A program made the translations under genes and the position numbers. Under the pieces are notes generated by a model that saw only the letters and a list, made by a program, of their open reading frames with translations, made no database searches and was not told the DNA's origin. Shown here in pieces: positions 31,809 to 45,231 of a stretch of 64,000 bases of DNA (its first letter is position 1; every line of letters starts with the position of its first letter). The stretch lies in NCBI RefSeq assembly GCF_009914755.1, contig NC_060927.1. The stretch is one strand, 5' to 3'. The stretch comes from the human T2T-CHM13v2.0 reference genome, Homo sapiens.

Positions 31809-33599
31809 TAATTGATTTTTTAGCTTGGGTCTCCAGTCTTCAATACTTTTAAAGATAATTTTGTTTTTAGGTGATATTAGGCTTTCAGTTAAAATGTATG
31901 CTATTTTTGACCATTTAGAAATAAATATATTCATACTTGATTGACTGAAATGGTTTCTCCAGCAGGTCTAGATCCTTTTTTTTTTTTTTTCTTTTTTCTG
32001 TTATTTTAATAGCAACATATAGTGCTTTTTCTCTTGGTTTTCATCACGCTTATAATGCTCTAATTTAGACATATGCTGTGGTAGGCACTGTACATTTTAA
32101 TATGCAAGCCCTTTTTCTCTGCCACACTAAAAATCTCTTTCAGAGCAAAGAAAGTAAAGTAGAAAGTTTAACCTCTGTGTAAATGTGGGAGCTTATCAAG
32201 TCCATTTATTAGCATGCAAATTTAAGATTTTAGCCAGATTTTGGCTGAAAATCTTTCTCAACAAATGCATGTTTGTAACATCTTAATATTGACTTCTTTT
32301 CTCCCACTCCCCAAAAGTGGGATATCCCCAAGGCTTACTTATTCTTATCTCACCTCAAAGATAATTCAGTGTGTACAAAGTCAAAAATCAATCCTTGTCT
32401 TCTCTCTAAGCTTTCTGTTGTTTCCTGCACCCATGTGCCCAGACATGAAGTAGTCACTCGACATGTCACATATCACATTTTTGTACCTATTAAATCATCT
32501 TGTTAACTGCTTCCTCAAAATGACCTTTGTATTAATGATTCCTTTGGCTGCTCCACTAATCAGTTTTGTATAACCAGATACCTAGATGGATTGATTAAGT
32601 CCTTCAACAAATATTTATTGAGTGCCTGCCTAGTACCAAGCATTGTGCTAGTATGGGGGTATATAAGGGTGAATAATGTAGTCAGTGCTCTGAAGGGTCC
32701 AAAAGTCTAATGAAATAGTCAAATAACTAAAGAGACCATCCATGATAGTTTACCTAATGAATGCTATGTTAAAGATAAGCATAGGGGTCTGGAGATCACA
32801 AGGGGGGGCATCAGCCACTTAGTTGTCCCTCTTAACTAATATTATAAGCATTCCATTTCACATTCAGCTTATTTTCCTTAGTCACTGCTTCCTTCATGCC
32901 CCTTCTGTGATCAAAAATATGATTGCTCCTTAATCCATCTCCCTTTAGTTTGTCTCATCTCCCTATCACTTTTCTAACTTTATGTTCCATGCCACCCTAA
33001 AGCGAACTTGTTTTTCAGTTCAGGCTCCTTGTATTGCCCCAGGAACATGCCATTTTCATTTCCAATATGGTCTTGTATGAACGATTTCTCCTTTTGTCCT
33101 CCCATCTGCTTATCCAAGTCCTGACTATTGTCTAAGGTTTATCTTAGTTCTTAACCATTGCCTCAAAACCTTTTAAGCTTATTGAGCATCTACTTTTCTT
33201 TACCTTATAAACATTCAGTTTTTAATTTAGTACTGACTTACATTGATAGTGTTATTTTTGCCACTCCACGGATATTGTGAACTCCTCAGACCAGGCATCC
33301 CATTGTGTGATACTTTCGTATACTTCATAGAGGCTAGCACAATGCTGAGCTCAAAAACTAGTTGTTGAATTTCAGTAAAAGTAAGTAGAGCATTTTTCCC
33401 AACATTAAAAGTTAGTGGGCATGAGATGACATTCTTTTGGTCTACTGGGAAAAGGGTATCTGACTAAAAGTTAGAAACACTTTTATTTTGCATAAAAATG
33501 TAACATTAAAACACAGAAGGAAAAAGAAAATGAATTCACTGAATTCATTTGTCTTTTCCATTGGTTCGTTGTCAATGTCTGATGTCCTGGCCATAATGG

Positions 33600-33790
33600 A
33601 AAAAACAGTTGGCATAAAAGACATGGGTTGAGACTGGCTCTGTCATTTAATATTGGGTTCTGAAAAAAGGCCAATCCTGAGTTGTAGCTTTCTCTCTGTA
33701 AAATGGAGTTAATATTACTCTAGATTATGATGAAGATGAAATTAAGTAGTGGATATGGAATGCTTTGTAAATTTGAAAGTAATGTAGAAA
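33600..33790. mobile_element. MIR
   Basis: CTCTGTAAAATGGAGTTAATA...TGCTTTGTAAA. Confidence 0.55.
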
Positions 33791-35257
33791 TCTTGGATAG
33801 TGTTGTTGTGTTCCCATCTTGGATGATAGCTGTGAGTTTGCATTTTACAAAAATAATGGATATCTAGAATCACTATAAATAATGATCTACTGACAGTAAC
33901 TGCTTTGATATTTCCAGGTCAGATTGGCTTTCTTGCCTCTCAGGAGGAGATAGACTTTTACTCTAACAAAGTGATGACCTGGGGGTTTCAGGGCATGCTT
34001 CCTGAGGAAGTGACATTCAGACCTGAAGGATGAGTAAAGCTAGTCAGGGGAAAGTATGAGGGAGGGGATAAGGAGATGACGGAGAAAGAATAACTACACT
34101 CTGGGAACTGAAAGAAGCTTCATCTAGATGGCTGAATGTTGTCATCTGAAATTGATTGCTTAATCCTGTTAATCCTTTTGATTTTAATTCTTCATGGAAG
34201 TGATCTATTAACATTCCTTTATAGCAACAATTGAATAGAATTTATTAACATCTTTTTTTCCTTATCTAGCACAGGTATATTTACTTACTAAAGCCAAAGC
34301 GAGAATCTTTTTCTTTAGACATTGTTCCATTGTATTGTGTTCTCTTTAGTTGGCATTTCCTCTGTTGCCATCAGTTACCTCCTTCATGTCCTTTTTGTAA
34401 ACTATTAAGAGAATTAGAAAATTGGTGTTGGACAGGTTTTTGTTTGCTCTTGTCTGTAAAAACATGGCATGGTTTGAGATGTTTGGAATGGGTTCATTTG
34501 GTAATGTTAGGGACCGCTCATTTCTGCTTAAGAAGAATGGAGAGGAAAAACTGGGGAAATATTAGGGTTGGGAGTTCTGGAATAGAAAGCATTCAGAATG
34601 GCACTTAGCCTACACAGACTCTAAGTAGGTAGGGGCTGGATAAATGAATGTTCTACATTAGTATAGGCAGAACACATTAAGAGAAAGGAAGACAATGAAA
34701 GTGAACAACAAGCTGGTAGGTTAAGGTCCATATGCTGATGATTAGGAACTAAAGCCTCTAAAGAAAACAGGCATCCATGAGGATGCGGGAGCTTAGAAAT
34801 CTCTTACTAACTTTAACTTTGCTAATTGATCCTTTGATATCATATAGTTTTATATTCATGTATCAGAACTTGCTAACAACCTCAGTAAACTTCATTCAGT
34901 TCAGTCCCATAAACAACAACAAAAAAATTGCTACTTATTTCTTGTAAACCATATAGAAGATCTGAGGGATACTTTACAGAGGGATAGGTCAGGCCTGGAA
35001 AAAAAGCCCTACCCTCAGGCACTGAGCTAATGGAAGAAAGACCAGGCATTCTCAGTATTTGGCTTGACTTGTAAAAATGCCATTCAGAAACTTGTAGGGA
35101 AAATCTGCTTTTAGCACATCACTAGTTGTTGCAGTATTTTTCTGCAATAATCAAAAAAGGCAATTGAAGACAAGGGTTAATCGTTACCAGGTTCTTTAAT
35201 GCCAGTAAATATGATTGGTGTTAGAAATGTATGCTGACTATAACATTTATTTGTTGA

Positions 35258-35563
35258 TTTTTTTTTCTTTTTTTTTTTTTTGAGATGGAGTCTCGTTCTG
35301 TCACCCTGACTGGGGTGCAGTGGCGCGATCTCTGCTCACTGCAACCTCCACCTCCCCAGCTGAAGTGATCCTCCTACCTTAGCCCCCCAGGTAGCTGGGA
35401 CCACAAGTGCGTGCCACCACACCTGGCTAATTTTTGTATTATTTGTAGAGATGGAGTTTCGCCATGTTGTTCAGTCTGATCTTGAACTCCTGAGTTCAAG
35501 CAATCTGCCTGCCTAGGCCTCCCAAAGAGCTGGGATTACAGGTGTGAGTCACCGTGCCCGGCC
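35258..35563 (-). mobile_element. AluJ-like
   Basis: GTGATCCTCCTACC, TTTGTAGAGATGG; nearest Alu upstream of exon 3. Confidence 0.92.
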
Positions 35564-36499
35564 AGGGAAGTTTTTTTAAACATTTTATTAGTAGTACTGG
35601 GTTTATTTTGAGCTATTTATTTTTTCTCTACATTTCCTTTTGAACCAACCACAAATTTGTGAGCCAAGTGATCAGTGGTAGAGGTTCTCTTATTGTGGAA
35701 TAGAGTTTTGCTCCTGGTGAAGTATAGAGCTCTGTATAGCTAGAATAAAAAATACTGTGAATATCTGAGAAATGTAAAAGATTCTTTGTTATTTTTTAAA
35801 TCGCCTTAAGAGATAACTGGCTGCTTAAGCAAAAATAGTAACAATGTATTATGTTGTTTCTAAGCAATTTAAAAATATTGTATAGCAGCAGCCCAAAAAA
35901 TGAATGGGAAAGTGGAAATACATATGCAAGGCTCTTAAAATACATGTGCAATGGGCTAATATCACTTGAAGACTGACTGTGATAAATTAAAAGATGCATT
36001 GGAAAATAACAAAGGAGTACAGTTAGTAAGACAATAAAGCAGATAAAATGGAATTATAAGAAATAATATATAAAGAAGTAAAAAAAAAAGTGAACAAAGT
36101 GTGATCATTGAAACAAGGAGTTAATGTTCTGTGGGCTGTTTTTTCTGTTGTTGTTGTTGTTCGTTTAACTCACTCCCTACTCTTAGAGCTGAGCGTGAGG
36201 GTGGCCTGTATTCCTTTGTATCCAAAGTATTGGTAGGTACCCTTTCTAGAAGAACTCAATTCTGTACTGGAAGTCTTTCGCCAGTACTCAGGATATCTCT
36301 CACTTTCTACAATACGCCGTTTTACAGCCCCCACATTCACTCTGCACCTATCTCTATCCCTTCATTAGTACTTTAGGTGAAAAAAGGTTAGTGCTTTTAC
36401 TTTGTCAAATCTAAGATATTGCATAATGAAGTAGAATGATCTTTGATTTTTCTTCAGTGCTGTCTCAACATACTTTATTTTTTCTTCCCCTTAATTCAG

Positions 36500-36571
36500 A
36501 GACATGAAAAATGCTGTAATTGGAAACAACAAGCAGAAAGCCAATCTCATTGTTTTAGGAGCTGTTCCAAG
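36500..36571 (+). CDS. ARMC8: ARMC8 exon 3 ([23 protein letters not shown])
   Basis: TTCAG|A GAC ATG ... AG|GTATGT; 72 nt, phase 2-2. Confidence 0.95.
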
Positions 36572-37962
36572 GTATGTTTGCTGTCTCACCCCTTTCTTGC
36601 CATTCATACTAGTTTCTAATGTATTTCTTACTCTCAATTATAGAACCCATTTTTCCTGTATTGTCTGTCTAATTCTTAAAATAAATCCTATTTTTAAAAA
36701 TAAATGTAAGTATTTAAACTATCTTTAAGGAAAAAAATTATAAAGTAACAGAGAATGTAGTAAGAAGTGAATGTGTTAATACATTTTGGAAACTCAGGAA
36801 GACCTTTGACCTGATGACAAAAGGGTTCGTAAAGTACATATGCAATGTACAACAGCCTGATACTTTCTTCTCCATTTCCTTAGAGCCTTGGCAGTTTTTT
36901 GTGTGAGTGGGTAATTTATTAGGAGCCTTAAGACCTTTTTGAATTTAAAGGAAAAAAACCCTGCTTGATTTTTAATCCAGTTTCATTTTTTAACTTCTGA
37001 TTTTTACAACTTGCTGTTTTTTAAGTTAACGTAAGAAGTTTAGGAAGTTTAATTTCTTCTTTTGATGACCTAATAAGCTTCCTTTAGGCAGGCAATGACA
37101 GTTACATAACTTCCTCTTTACTTTTGCTCCTCAGAGCTAAGTTTTCTGTGCAATTGCTATTAGCTTTTCATTCAGAATTATTTATTATTTTGTTTTTTTC
37201 TCCTTATTTTCTGGTTTTGATACAGAATTAATGGTTTAAGTGTTTTAACTCACCAACCTCAAACATATACTTTAGTAACTATAAAGCTGTCAGCAGCCTT
37301 TCTTAGGGGATTTATGTTTGGTATATATAAATAGTGCTTTATGGAGCATGAGGGTCCTGTCTTAGAACATAAGGTAGATGGTTATAAGTGGAGGAAGGTT
37401 AGGGTTTGGGGAGTATTTGTTTGGCAAGCTGGGCTGGAGTGGAAATGAGAGGATCTCTTCCTTTTCCAAATGAGAGAGCTGGAGAAAGAAGAAACTACCT
37501 TTGCTTGAGGAGCTGCACAAGGGCTCTGAATATTCCCTATAGGCTCGATATCTACAAACTGCACCACTGCTCTGGATTCAGAGCAGTAGCATTTCTAGTT
37601 TGAGTTTAAGATCTGGCAGCACATGGCATTTGAGAGTCTTCATATTTTGGAGACCCAGCAGGAAGTGGTAGATGACATGGACTCTGATGACGCTGTTTCT
37701 ACAGAGACTATCTGTGGACAACTTTCAGATTTACACTTTTTATAAACTCTAAGAATATGATAGTTCTTTTTTTCAAAACCTCTTCTAGATTTTTTTTCCA
37801 GATGTTTCTTTAATTAGCAGATGAGATAAACAAATGACCATTGGATTCATATAAACTCAGCCAACCATATTTTTAGTATGTGGACTGCACAGCCTTTTTT
37901 GGTCACATTGAGTCTTGTTTAAATTTTTTAGTCTCTTCGTTTATTAAGTTCCTTCTTTTTAG

Positions 37963-38105
37963 ATTGTTGTACTTGCTTCAGCAAGAAACCTCAAGCACAG
38001 AGCTGAAAACTGAATGTGCAGTGGTGTTGGGAAGTCTTGCTATGGGTACTGAAAACAATGTCAAGTCTCTACTGGACTGCCATATTATCCCTGCCTTATT
38101 GCAAG
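37963..38105 (+). CDS. ARMC8: ARMC8 exon 4 (LLYLLQQ...IIPALLQ)
   Basis: TTTTTAG| ... G|GTATGT; 143 nt; armadillo-repeat pattern. Confidence 0.95.
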
Positions 38106-38209
38106 GTATGTAGGGAAGCCATTTTTGCTCAATTAAGGTTAAGAATCAGTTTGCAGTGCTTTAAATACTGGTTGAAAGGATTAGTCCTAAATCTCATTTC
38201 TGTTAATAG

Positions 38210-38307
38210 GACTACTGTCCCCAGACCTGAAGTTTATTGAAGCTTGCCTCCGATGCCTGCGTACCATCTTCACCAGTCCTGTCACTCCAGAGGAGCTACT
38301 GTATACA
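38210..38307 (+). CDS. ARMC8: ARMC8 exon 5 ([32 protein letters not shown])
   Basis: AATAG| ... ACA|GTGAGT; 98 nt. Confidence 0.95.
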
Positions 38308-38416
38308 GTGAGTTTTAGATGTATTTGAGACATTAGTTACATTTCACCAACAGCCTACTCCTAATTTGCTTAGCATCTTCAGACTCATCATAACTGTGTT
38401 ATGTAAAAAAGTCTCA

Positions 38417-39030
38417 GTTGGTCATGGTGGCTCACACCAGTAATCCCAGTGCTTTGGGAGGCTGAGGTGGGAGGATTGCTTGAGGCCAGGAGTTCAAGAT
38501 CAACCAGAGTGACATAACAAGACTCCATCTCTTTTTTTTTTTTTTTTTTTGAGGTGGAGTCTTGCTCTGTCACCCAGGCTAGAGTGCAGTGGCGCGATCT
38601 CGGCTCACTGCAACCTTCACCCCGCCAGGTTTAAGCATTTCTCTGCCTCAGCGTCTGGAGTAGCTTGGATTACAGGCGCGTGCCACCACACCCGGCTAAT
38701 TTTTTGTATTTTTAGGAGAGATAGGGTTTCACCATCTTGGCCAGGCTGGTCTTGAACTCCTGACCTTGTGATCCACCCGCCTCGGCCTCCCAAAGTGCTG
38801 GGATTACAGGTGTGAGCCACTGCGCCCGACAACAAGACTCCATCTCTACAAGAAAAAAATAAAAATAAATTAGCCTGGTGCAATGGCTCATGCCTATAGT
38901 CCTAGCTCATGAGACTGCAGTGGAAGGATTGCTTGAGCCTAGGAGTTTGAGGTTATACTAAGCTATGATGGTGCCCCTGCACCTCAGCCTAGGTGACAGA
39001 ATGAGATCCTCTCACTAAAAATAAAAAATG
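38417..39030 (+). mobile_element. Sense AluJ split by an antisense AluS (38533-38830)
   Basis: 17-bp TSD AACAAGACTCCATCTCT at 38516 and 38831. Confidence 0.92.
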
Positions 39031-39042
39031 ATAAAAGTCTCC

Positions 39043-39357
39043 GCTGGGTACAGTGGCTCACGCCTGTAATCCTAGCAGTTTGGGAGTTCAAGATGGATAT
39101 ATCACCTGAGGCCAGGAGTTCGAGACCAGCCTGGCCAACACGGTGAAACTCCCATTTCTATTAAAACTACAGAAATTAACCGGGCACGGTGGCACATACC
39201 TGCAACACCAGCTACTCGGGAGGCTGAGCCATGAAAATCACTTGAACCCAGGAGGAGACGTTGCAGTGATCTGAGATCACACCACCCTACTCCAGCCTGG
39301 GCGACAGGGCAGACTGTCTGCTTTTAGAGACTGTCTCTAAATAAGTACATAAATAAA
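39043..39357 (+). mobile_element. AluS
   Basis: Sense dimer. Confidence 0.9.
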
Positions 39358-39684
39358 GTCTCAAAAAGTATTTGAGTTCTTTCTTATTTCCAAATATCAG
39401 ATGCTCTCAGCTTTGTAAGAAAGTGAAAGATAGTCTCAGACTTTGAGGAATTTACAAGCTATTTTTAAAAAGACCCATTTTTATCTCTCTATATGTAGAA
39501 CTTAAGTTTATTTTACGCTAGATGAATGATAGGGAGTTCAGCTGACTTTCGGTTGAAATCCAGCAGAGTAGGCTTTGCAGAGAAGCTAGAATTTAATCTG
39601 GGTTTTGAATAATGGATAAGACTTAGAGAAGTGGAGAGGAAGGCATGAGGCACCGTGCTCAGCCCAAATTCATTTCTTCTGGCT

Positions 39685-39985
39685 TTTTTTTTTTTTTTTT
39701 TTTGGAGACGGTGTCTCTCTCACCGAGGCTGGAGTGCAGTGGAGGAATCTCGGCCCTGCAACCTCCGCCTCCTGAGTTCAAGCAATTCTCCTGCCTCAGC
39801 CTCCCGAGCTACTCAGCTGGGCCTACAGGCATGTGCCACCACGCCCAGCTGATTTTTGTGGTTTTAGTAGAGACGGGGTTTCACCATGTTGGCCAGGATG
39901 GTCTGGATCTCCTGACCTCATGATCTGCCCGCCTCGGCCTCCCAAAGTGCTGGGATTACAGGCGTGTGAGCCACTGCGCCCGGCC
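39685..39985 (-). mobile_element. AluS
   Basis: Flanks TCTTCTGGCT / TCTTCTAGCT. Confidence 0.92.
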
Positions 39986-40513
39986 TCTTCTAGCTATTTT
40001 TCAATATACAATAGATTATTGTAAATTACAGTCACTTTACATGGGGCTTTCTTACTGACAGTTAGGCCAATATTTTTAAACACTCTTATTCACAGTTCAC
40101 AGCAAGAAGCATATTTTCCATTGCCTCACTATACATGTCAGTTTGTGTATGTGTGTGTATATATGTGTATGTATGTATGTGTATGTGAAAGAATCCTGAG
40201 ACAAGTTTCATGACATTGTTCCACAGATGTAATGCCCTCTGGTTTCTATGCTATCATTTTTCATTCTTTAAAAAAATGGTGGTTGTAATTATCTGAGCTA
40301 ACACAACGAATCATATTGTCAAATTGTACACACAGGAGTCAGAGATCTTATCCAGAATCAGGCTTTATAAATATTTCAAGACTGTAAGTAATCGAGGAAT
40401 AGGCAAAGCAAGCATGGAGAGGAGACATGTCACATGGCTCCCTAGTCTGTCCTTCCTACATCAGACACATACTCCTCTGGCACTTAATGATACATAAGGT
40501 GGTCAGTAGGTGA

Positions 40514-40869
<356 letters not shown>

Positions 40870-40949
40870 AACATCTTTATTTTATACCTCATGGTTTTGT
40901 GTGACATTCTTCAGGGAGTCATGCCTCATAAATCTATAGAGTGTTTACT

Positions 40950-41127
40950 GTAGTCGTTCTCAGACTTGAAGTTGCACTAGTATTACGTGGAGGGCTTGTT
41001 AAACAGGGTTTGCTAGACCCCACCTCCAGTTTATGATCCAGTGAGTCTTGGGTTTTGCATTTCTAACAAATTTGCAGGTAACTCAGATGCTGCTGGTCTC
41101 AAAGTACTTTCTTTGAGAACTGCTGGT
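40950..41127. mobile_element. MER5A-like hAT MITE
   Basis: GGAGGGCTTGTTAAA...TTGCATTTCTAACAA...GATGCTGCTGGTC...CTTTGAGAACTGCTG. Confidence 0.85.
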
Positions 41128-42289
41128 TTACTATAAACATCCTGCTCAAAGGATCCCATAGAGGGCTTAGTTAATATCAGTTTATTTTCCTGTAGTTCAT
41201 ATTGTAATGTTTGCAAAGAGAGTAAGCCAGTCACCTGTCTTTTTTACCCTGGAAGTTTCTCACCTACCCTCAATCCCATAATAAGGGGAGAAGTTGATCC
41301 TGGCCAACTATTTAAACTCCTTCCACCTCACTCTCTAAACTGATTGATGACCTACTAATGGATCCTGGTGCACCATTTGGAAAATTCTGATCTATGCCAG
41401 CTGTTTTACATGAGAAAATTGAGACCCCTGGAGGTTAAATTTAGAGTATCTAAATTATGAAAGATTTCAATTTTGTGCCTCAGCTATTTTATGCCTCCGA
41501 TATTTTATGTCTCAGAGACAGTGGAGAACTTGTGAAGAGTTGAATTGGGGAAGAACTAGTACAGTGTTTCAGTGTAATTAACTGACTTCCATGAGTTGGA
41601 GTGTGTAGAGGCCAGCTGTTTAAAAAGCTGTTTGAGCAACTCTGGCAGTAGAATAGAGATGGGGTAGGTAGTCCAGTAAAAAGACAGCAGGATTTCTAGT
41701 TTGAAATTGTGTTTATCAGATGGGTGATTTTGGGCAAATTTCATATTTAATAATTGTTATTTGCCTTAATCATCTGTAATCTGCAGATATATAGACACAA
41801 TTGACAGAAAGGTGCAGATGGGAAGAAATGGGATGGGGGCTGTTGTAACTGAGGGAAAGTGAGGAATGTGAGAACATAGAGAAAAGGAAGGAGGTGGAAA
41901 TAGCTTTAGGAGCCCAATAGAGGCTTTTTAATCTACCTATTTGCCTTTTCTATCTTAGCTGCTACCTGCTTCACTATCCTTTGCCAGTGAAACCCCATTT
42001 CCCCTTCCCCGACTTGACATTTTCCTTTTCTTTCTGTACACTTAGTATCTGACTTTCTTTGAAGTTTTCTAAGTTTTCCATTTTGTTTTTAAACTACTTG
42101 TGTAAACACAAAGGGTTATACTAACAAACGGGGAAGAGATTCTACTTGTAGGGAATCAGCAGCCTTCTGTTTTCCTACTTGGCTTTTACATATCTTGGGC
42201 ATTCTTTTTTTTCCCAAGGAAAATCCCAAATCTTATTCCTCCCAACAAGGGTGTTCTTTTAAGTTTTTTTCTTTGTCCTCTGTTGTCTC

Positions 42290-42441
42290 TGGTGAGGATC
42301 CTCAAAGTATGGTCTGTGGACCAGTGGCATCAGCCTCATTTGGAAGCTGACTCAGGATCCTACCCCAAACCTACAGTATCAGAGTCTGTACATTAAGTAC
42401 ATCTCCTGGGAATTTGCATGCACATTCCTTCTTGAGAAGCA
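42290..42441. mobile_element. MER5-family MITE
   Basis: CTCAAAGTATGGTCTGTGGACCAG...TGCACATT...TTGAGAAGCA. Confidence 0.75.
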
Positions 42442-42542
42442 TAACTTTTGTGATGTCATTGACTGGGAAGCTTGAGCTAAGTCTCCTTTTTTATCTGTGG
42501 TTCCAGCCAAATACCTTTCAACTTTTAACTCCTTCTGCTTTC

Positions 42543-42854
42543 TTTTGTTGTTTGTTTTTGTTTTTGTTTTTTGAGACAGAGTCTTGCTCTTGTCTGTCAT
42601 CCAGGCTGGAGTGCAGTGGCGTAATCTCACTGCAACCTCCGCCTCTCCGATTCAAGTGATTCTTGTGTCTCAGCCTCCCAAGTAGCTGGGATTACAGGCA
42701 TGCGCCATGATGGCTGGCTAATTTTTGTATTTTTGGTAGAGACGGGGTTTCGCCATGTTGGCCAGGCTGGTCCCAAACTCCTTACCTGAGGAGATCTGCC
42801 CGCCTTGGCCTCCCAAAGTGCTGGGATTACAGGCATGAGCCACCGCTCCTGGCC
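42543..42854 (-). mobile_element. AluS
   Basis: Antisense dimer with (TTTTTG)n tail. Confidence 0.92.
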
Positions 42855-43492
42855 TGCATTCTAAATAAAAGGAAATTCTTGGAGAGACTTGCAGCAGAGT
42901 GGGTTGATTATTTTCTCTTTTTCTGTGCTTTTACATAGGTTCTTAAGTGTCAGCAATAGGCAGAGAGTGGGCTGTACCTGAGAAGCTGCCAGTCATATAA
43001 ATTGTCTCGTCTTGTACAGATTGAAAATAGCTAACTACAGTCTTTATGAGAGATTGTTAGTATTTACTGGTGCTTAACATCTCGGAGATCAAAATTTTCA
43101 AATTTTATTTTTATACAATAATTCTTCCTTATAAACTATTTACTAGTGCATAACGTACTAGTTACCTCACATTTTGGTTTCAGAACTGATTTCTGTCACT
43201 TCTTATTGAAATGATTTTATCATGAGGATGTAGGCAATTTTTGAGAGAGTTATTGAGAATTTCCTGTTCTCATATTTTGCTACCAGGGATGAATATTGAA
43301 GCCTCTTTCTTTGTCATTGGCCTAGACAGTTTTCATGGCCTCGTTGCTTTTGTTTTGCACTGTGCCTTAAGGAGACTTGATTGACTGTCATTAAGATAAG
43401 AGATTTGACTACCTTCTTGTGGAAATATTTTATATTTTATCAAATGTACTCATGGTGCCTGAGTTTCTTGTTGCTGTGTTCTCCTTCCCTAG

Positions 43493-43585
43493 GATGCCAC
43501 AGTGATACCACACCTCATGGCACTGCTTAGCAGGTCCCGCTATACCCAGGAGTACATCTGTCAGATCTTCTCACACTGCTGTAAA
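43493..43585 (+). CDS. ARMC8: ARMC8 exon 6 ([31 protein letters not shown])
   Basis: CCCTAG| ... AAA|GTAAGA; 93 nt, phase 0-0. Confidence 0.95.
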
Positions 43586-43695
43586 GTAAGAACCAGAATA
43601 AATGTTATCTATAATGTAAAATCTTATTATGCCTTTAAGAGATGTACCTTCTTTGTGTACCCTCCCAGGGGTAGTCATACATATATAAGTAGACC

Positions 43696-43706
43696 TGTGT
43701 GTGTGC

Positions 43707-43754
<48 letters not shown>

Positions 43755-43783
43755 GTATATGTATATATAAAATATATATATAT
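43696..43783. repeat. Compound (TG)n(TA)n microsatellite
   Basis: Direct read. Confidence 0.95.
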
Positions 43784-44165
43784 TTAAAACACAAATGACA
43801 GCATACCATACATACTGTTCTGCACCTTAACATTTTTCACTTGACATATCTCTAAGGCTATTCCATATCAGTACATAAGGACCTCTCCCTCATTCTTTTT
43901 TTTTTTTTTTAACAGTGCATAGTATTTTAGTGTGTAGATTTATTTGTCCAGTCCTCTATTGTGGAGCATTTAGTTTGTTTCCAGTCTTATGCTATTACAA
44001 AACAGTGCTGCAAAAAATACCTTGTATATGAGGCATTTTATAAGAAATAAAATTTTGGGGTCAAAGAATATATGTATTTGTAATTTTACCACATTTTTAA
44101 ATAAAGATTATACCACTTTATACTACCAGCAATGTGTGATCATGACTGTTTCCCCTCACCCTTGT
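43784..44165 (-). mobile_element. Old L1 (L1ME-like) 3' fragment
   Basis: CATTTAGTTTGTTTCCAGTCTT..GCTATTACAAAACAGTGCTGCA, TACTACCAGCAATGTGTGA. Confidence 0.7.
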
Positions 44166-44914
44166 TCCCTATTACTGGAAACTGGTTTAAGTGATCTCAT
44201 ATAAGGAGAAAGGAGAGAGATTCTTCTCATTGTTGAGTAAAGTTTCTCTTTCTTTTCTATGAAGTGCCATTTAGTTTGCTTTGTAGATTATATGTTGAAT
44301 GTATCATTTTTGATAACCATGGGTGATTACTTGAGATCTTTCTTAATTTCTACACATTTTCTAACTTCTAACCAAATAATTATCTTCTGATGATATTGTA
44401 TCATTTATAATACATCCTATCATTTATAATACAAGTCACAAGTAAGGAGCTTTGGGAACTATAGGAAAGAAGGGATAAGAGAACACCTGGAAGACACAGG
44501 TCTATGCTGTTTTAGAACAGCCTTCCAAATAAATGAAACCTAAATCACCCAGTTTTAGGAAGAGTTTCTACATTGTAATTTAGACATCTAAACCCCCTTC
44601 CAAACAAACCCTAGCTGATTATCACAATCTATTCAGTACTATTTAAGATTTTTGTGAAAAAGTTTTGAAGTTTCTCTTCTTGGATTACGTTGACAAAGTG
44701 TGGGCCAACTCATAGGAGCAGAGATATCAAACAATGCCTTATAATCTTTTGAGGTGGGGAAAGAAAGGCTTTAAGAAAATGACAGTTTTGTTGCAACTCA
44801 CTTGCTTAAAATGAGCTGAATCCATCAAGGGCTAGAATTTCCCAACAACAAAATGACGTCTTATAGCCAGCCTGGCAAGTTGAGGAAGATGCTCCAGAAC
44901 TGTATGCCTCATTA

Positions 44915-45231
<317 letters not shown>

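Noticed and set aside
39641-39664. Isolated 24-bp Alu head (AGGCATGAGGCACCGTGCTCAGCC)
   Set aside because: Probably a deletion remnant; too short to interpret.
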